Part shown: positions 62,702-64,000 of the stretch, one piece after another
How positions within the stretch are numbered: the first letter of the stretch is position 1
Layout of the letters: every line of letters starts with the position of its first letter
DNA from: Mobula hypostoma
Lineage: Eukaryota
Length of the DNA: 64,000 bases
Direction of reading: 5' to 3'
NCBI RefSeq assembly: GCF_963921235.1
Contig: NC_086097.1
Location: forward strand, 144,028,001 to 144,092,000
Position numbers and translations under genes: made by a program
Notes under the pieces: model-generated
The model's input: the letters and a program-made list of their open reading frames with translations, nothing else
Database searches by the model: none
Told to the model about the DNA's origin: nothing

Positions 62702-64000
62702 TCCTTGTTGAGTATTTTGTTGGCAGTCTCAATGCTAATAGCTAAATGCTAATGCAAATAGCTTTCTATTTCTTTTGCAAACATTCCTTGTACTGTGATG
62801 TGGCTTGCTTGGCAGATTTGAGCATTTTTCCGGAAGTCTCAACCTCATAGTAGTCTGTGTCAATGAATTTGTTAATTTTGCAAAACATCAGATTCGCAAG
62901 TGTTTTGTGAGACAGCTGATTTCTGAATTCTGTCTTAATGTGACGCACCATGCTGAATGCCCTTTCTACATCACAATTAGAATTTGGCAGCACCAAAAGC
63001 AGCTTCATCAACTGGCAGAGCTCTTTGAATCTCAACTGCCCTGAGCTCACAGATTTTACTTTGGACAGCTTCCCCCAGAACTCATCAACTGGCAAACTTC
63101 TGTAGTTTGGCACCAGTCCTTCAAGGTTAGTTGAGACATAATCCAGGACTTCCAAGTGGAGCTGCTCTCTTGCATCTGCCTTGATCACATTTGGAAATCT
63201 CTCTGCCAAAGTTAAAATCTGGTCTGGATTCACCTCATCTTGGCTCTCTGTATTGACCACTGACAGACTTTTCAAGATTTGTCCTCTCATTGGGAACTTC
63301 TGCAAGATTTTTTGAAAGCACCTGACATAGAATGCTCTAGCATCTTTGAAGAACTGTTTTGTCTTGTAAGGGGGGATCTCCTGTGCTTCCTCGCTTAGCA
63401 ACTGCCTCCTTGCCAGGTACTCGGTAAAAAGCTCTTCATCTGGGCGGTGAATTTCAGGGTTGCTCACATCTATCTCCTGAATGTTCTGTTCTCTCAATAC
63501 CTTTGGCTCAATAAATCTGCTTGCTATGTCATGCAGGAGCTCTTCTACACTCTGATCCAACTTGAAGAAGATAGGTACCTTGTTTTGAAAAATCAAATTG
63601 AATTTGTCAAAACATTGTGTGACATTATGGAGAAAGCAAGTGTATATTTTCATTTGGGGGTTTCTTCACATTTCAGCCTCTTCTGAATATGAAATGTCTT
63701 CTGATTCTCACTCTTTGACTCAAAATATGAAATAAAGGCTGGCCATTGGTGGAGCAGATGGTCCAAACCTTTTCCTAAAGAAAGCCAGCGTGTAGGACAA
63801 TGCTTTTGTACTCTCTGCTGAGCAACATTGCAGAACTCTTGAAACTGTTTTAGGTCTTCTCTTCGTTTGGAACTTTTCTCAAAGTACTAGTAGATGTCAA
63901 TGAGCAGTTGTTCAGGTGACTTTGAGAGCTCCTTAGCAGCAGTTTTGGCACAAATGTTAACCAGGTGACTTGGACAGCCAACGCTGTAAATATGAGGGGC
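62488..64000 (-). mobile_element. hAT transposon 3' part (transposase pseudogene, ZNF862-like lineage); runs off the window edge
   Basis: GCPSHLVN (CxxH), KHCPTRWLSL and C-terminal dimerisation domain LLVLPNSNCDVERAFSMVRHIKTEFRNQL; in-frame TAG at 63887-63889 and a frameshift near 63660; longest ORF 62766-63653. Confidence 0.85.
62663..62700 (+). repeat. (CA)n(TA)n compound microsatellite
   Basis: Visible run. Confidence 0.95.

Noticed and set aside
62766..63653. Domesticated ZNF862/ZBED-like gene
   Set aside because: The upstream continuation has an in-frame stop and a frameshift with no splice signals that bypass them, so it is treated as a decaying hAT transposon.

Overview
Eukaryotic vertebrate DNA, most likely a cartilaginous fish (ray or shark), inferred from HE1/V-SINE-like, CR1, Penelope and Rex/Babar repeats. 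Two convergent intron-containing genes were reconstructed by hand. (1) C1orf35/MMTAG2 on +, 8 coding exons, 7116-33719, 227 aa. (2) A class I ARF on -, 4 coding exons, 42810-35755, 181 aa, CpG-island promoter at about 54.4-55.3 kb. Synteny, exon sizes and conserved 3'UTR blocks identify it as ARF1, but the protein is unusually divergent. The rest is largely transposon-derived: a near full-length L1 with a 16-bp TSD, a 5'-truncated L1, a decayed Gypsy LTR element, Penelope-like elements, two hAT remnants, a Tigger/pogo element, and CR1/L2/Rex/RTE fragments and SINEs. The most notable observations are a Tigger element whose ends closely match the mammalian MER2/MER2B consensus while keeping a transposase remnant (possible horizontal transfer), a family of minimal hammerhead ribozyme motifs in the Penelope tails, the divergent ARF1 N-terminal helix, near-abutting convergent poly(A) sites, and a 41-bp perfect inverted repeat. 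Comparisons to human or consensus sequences are from memory and need database confirmation. Boundaries of old decayed repeats are approximate.
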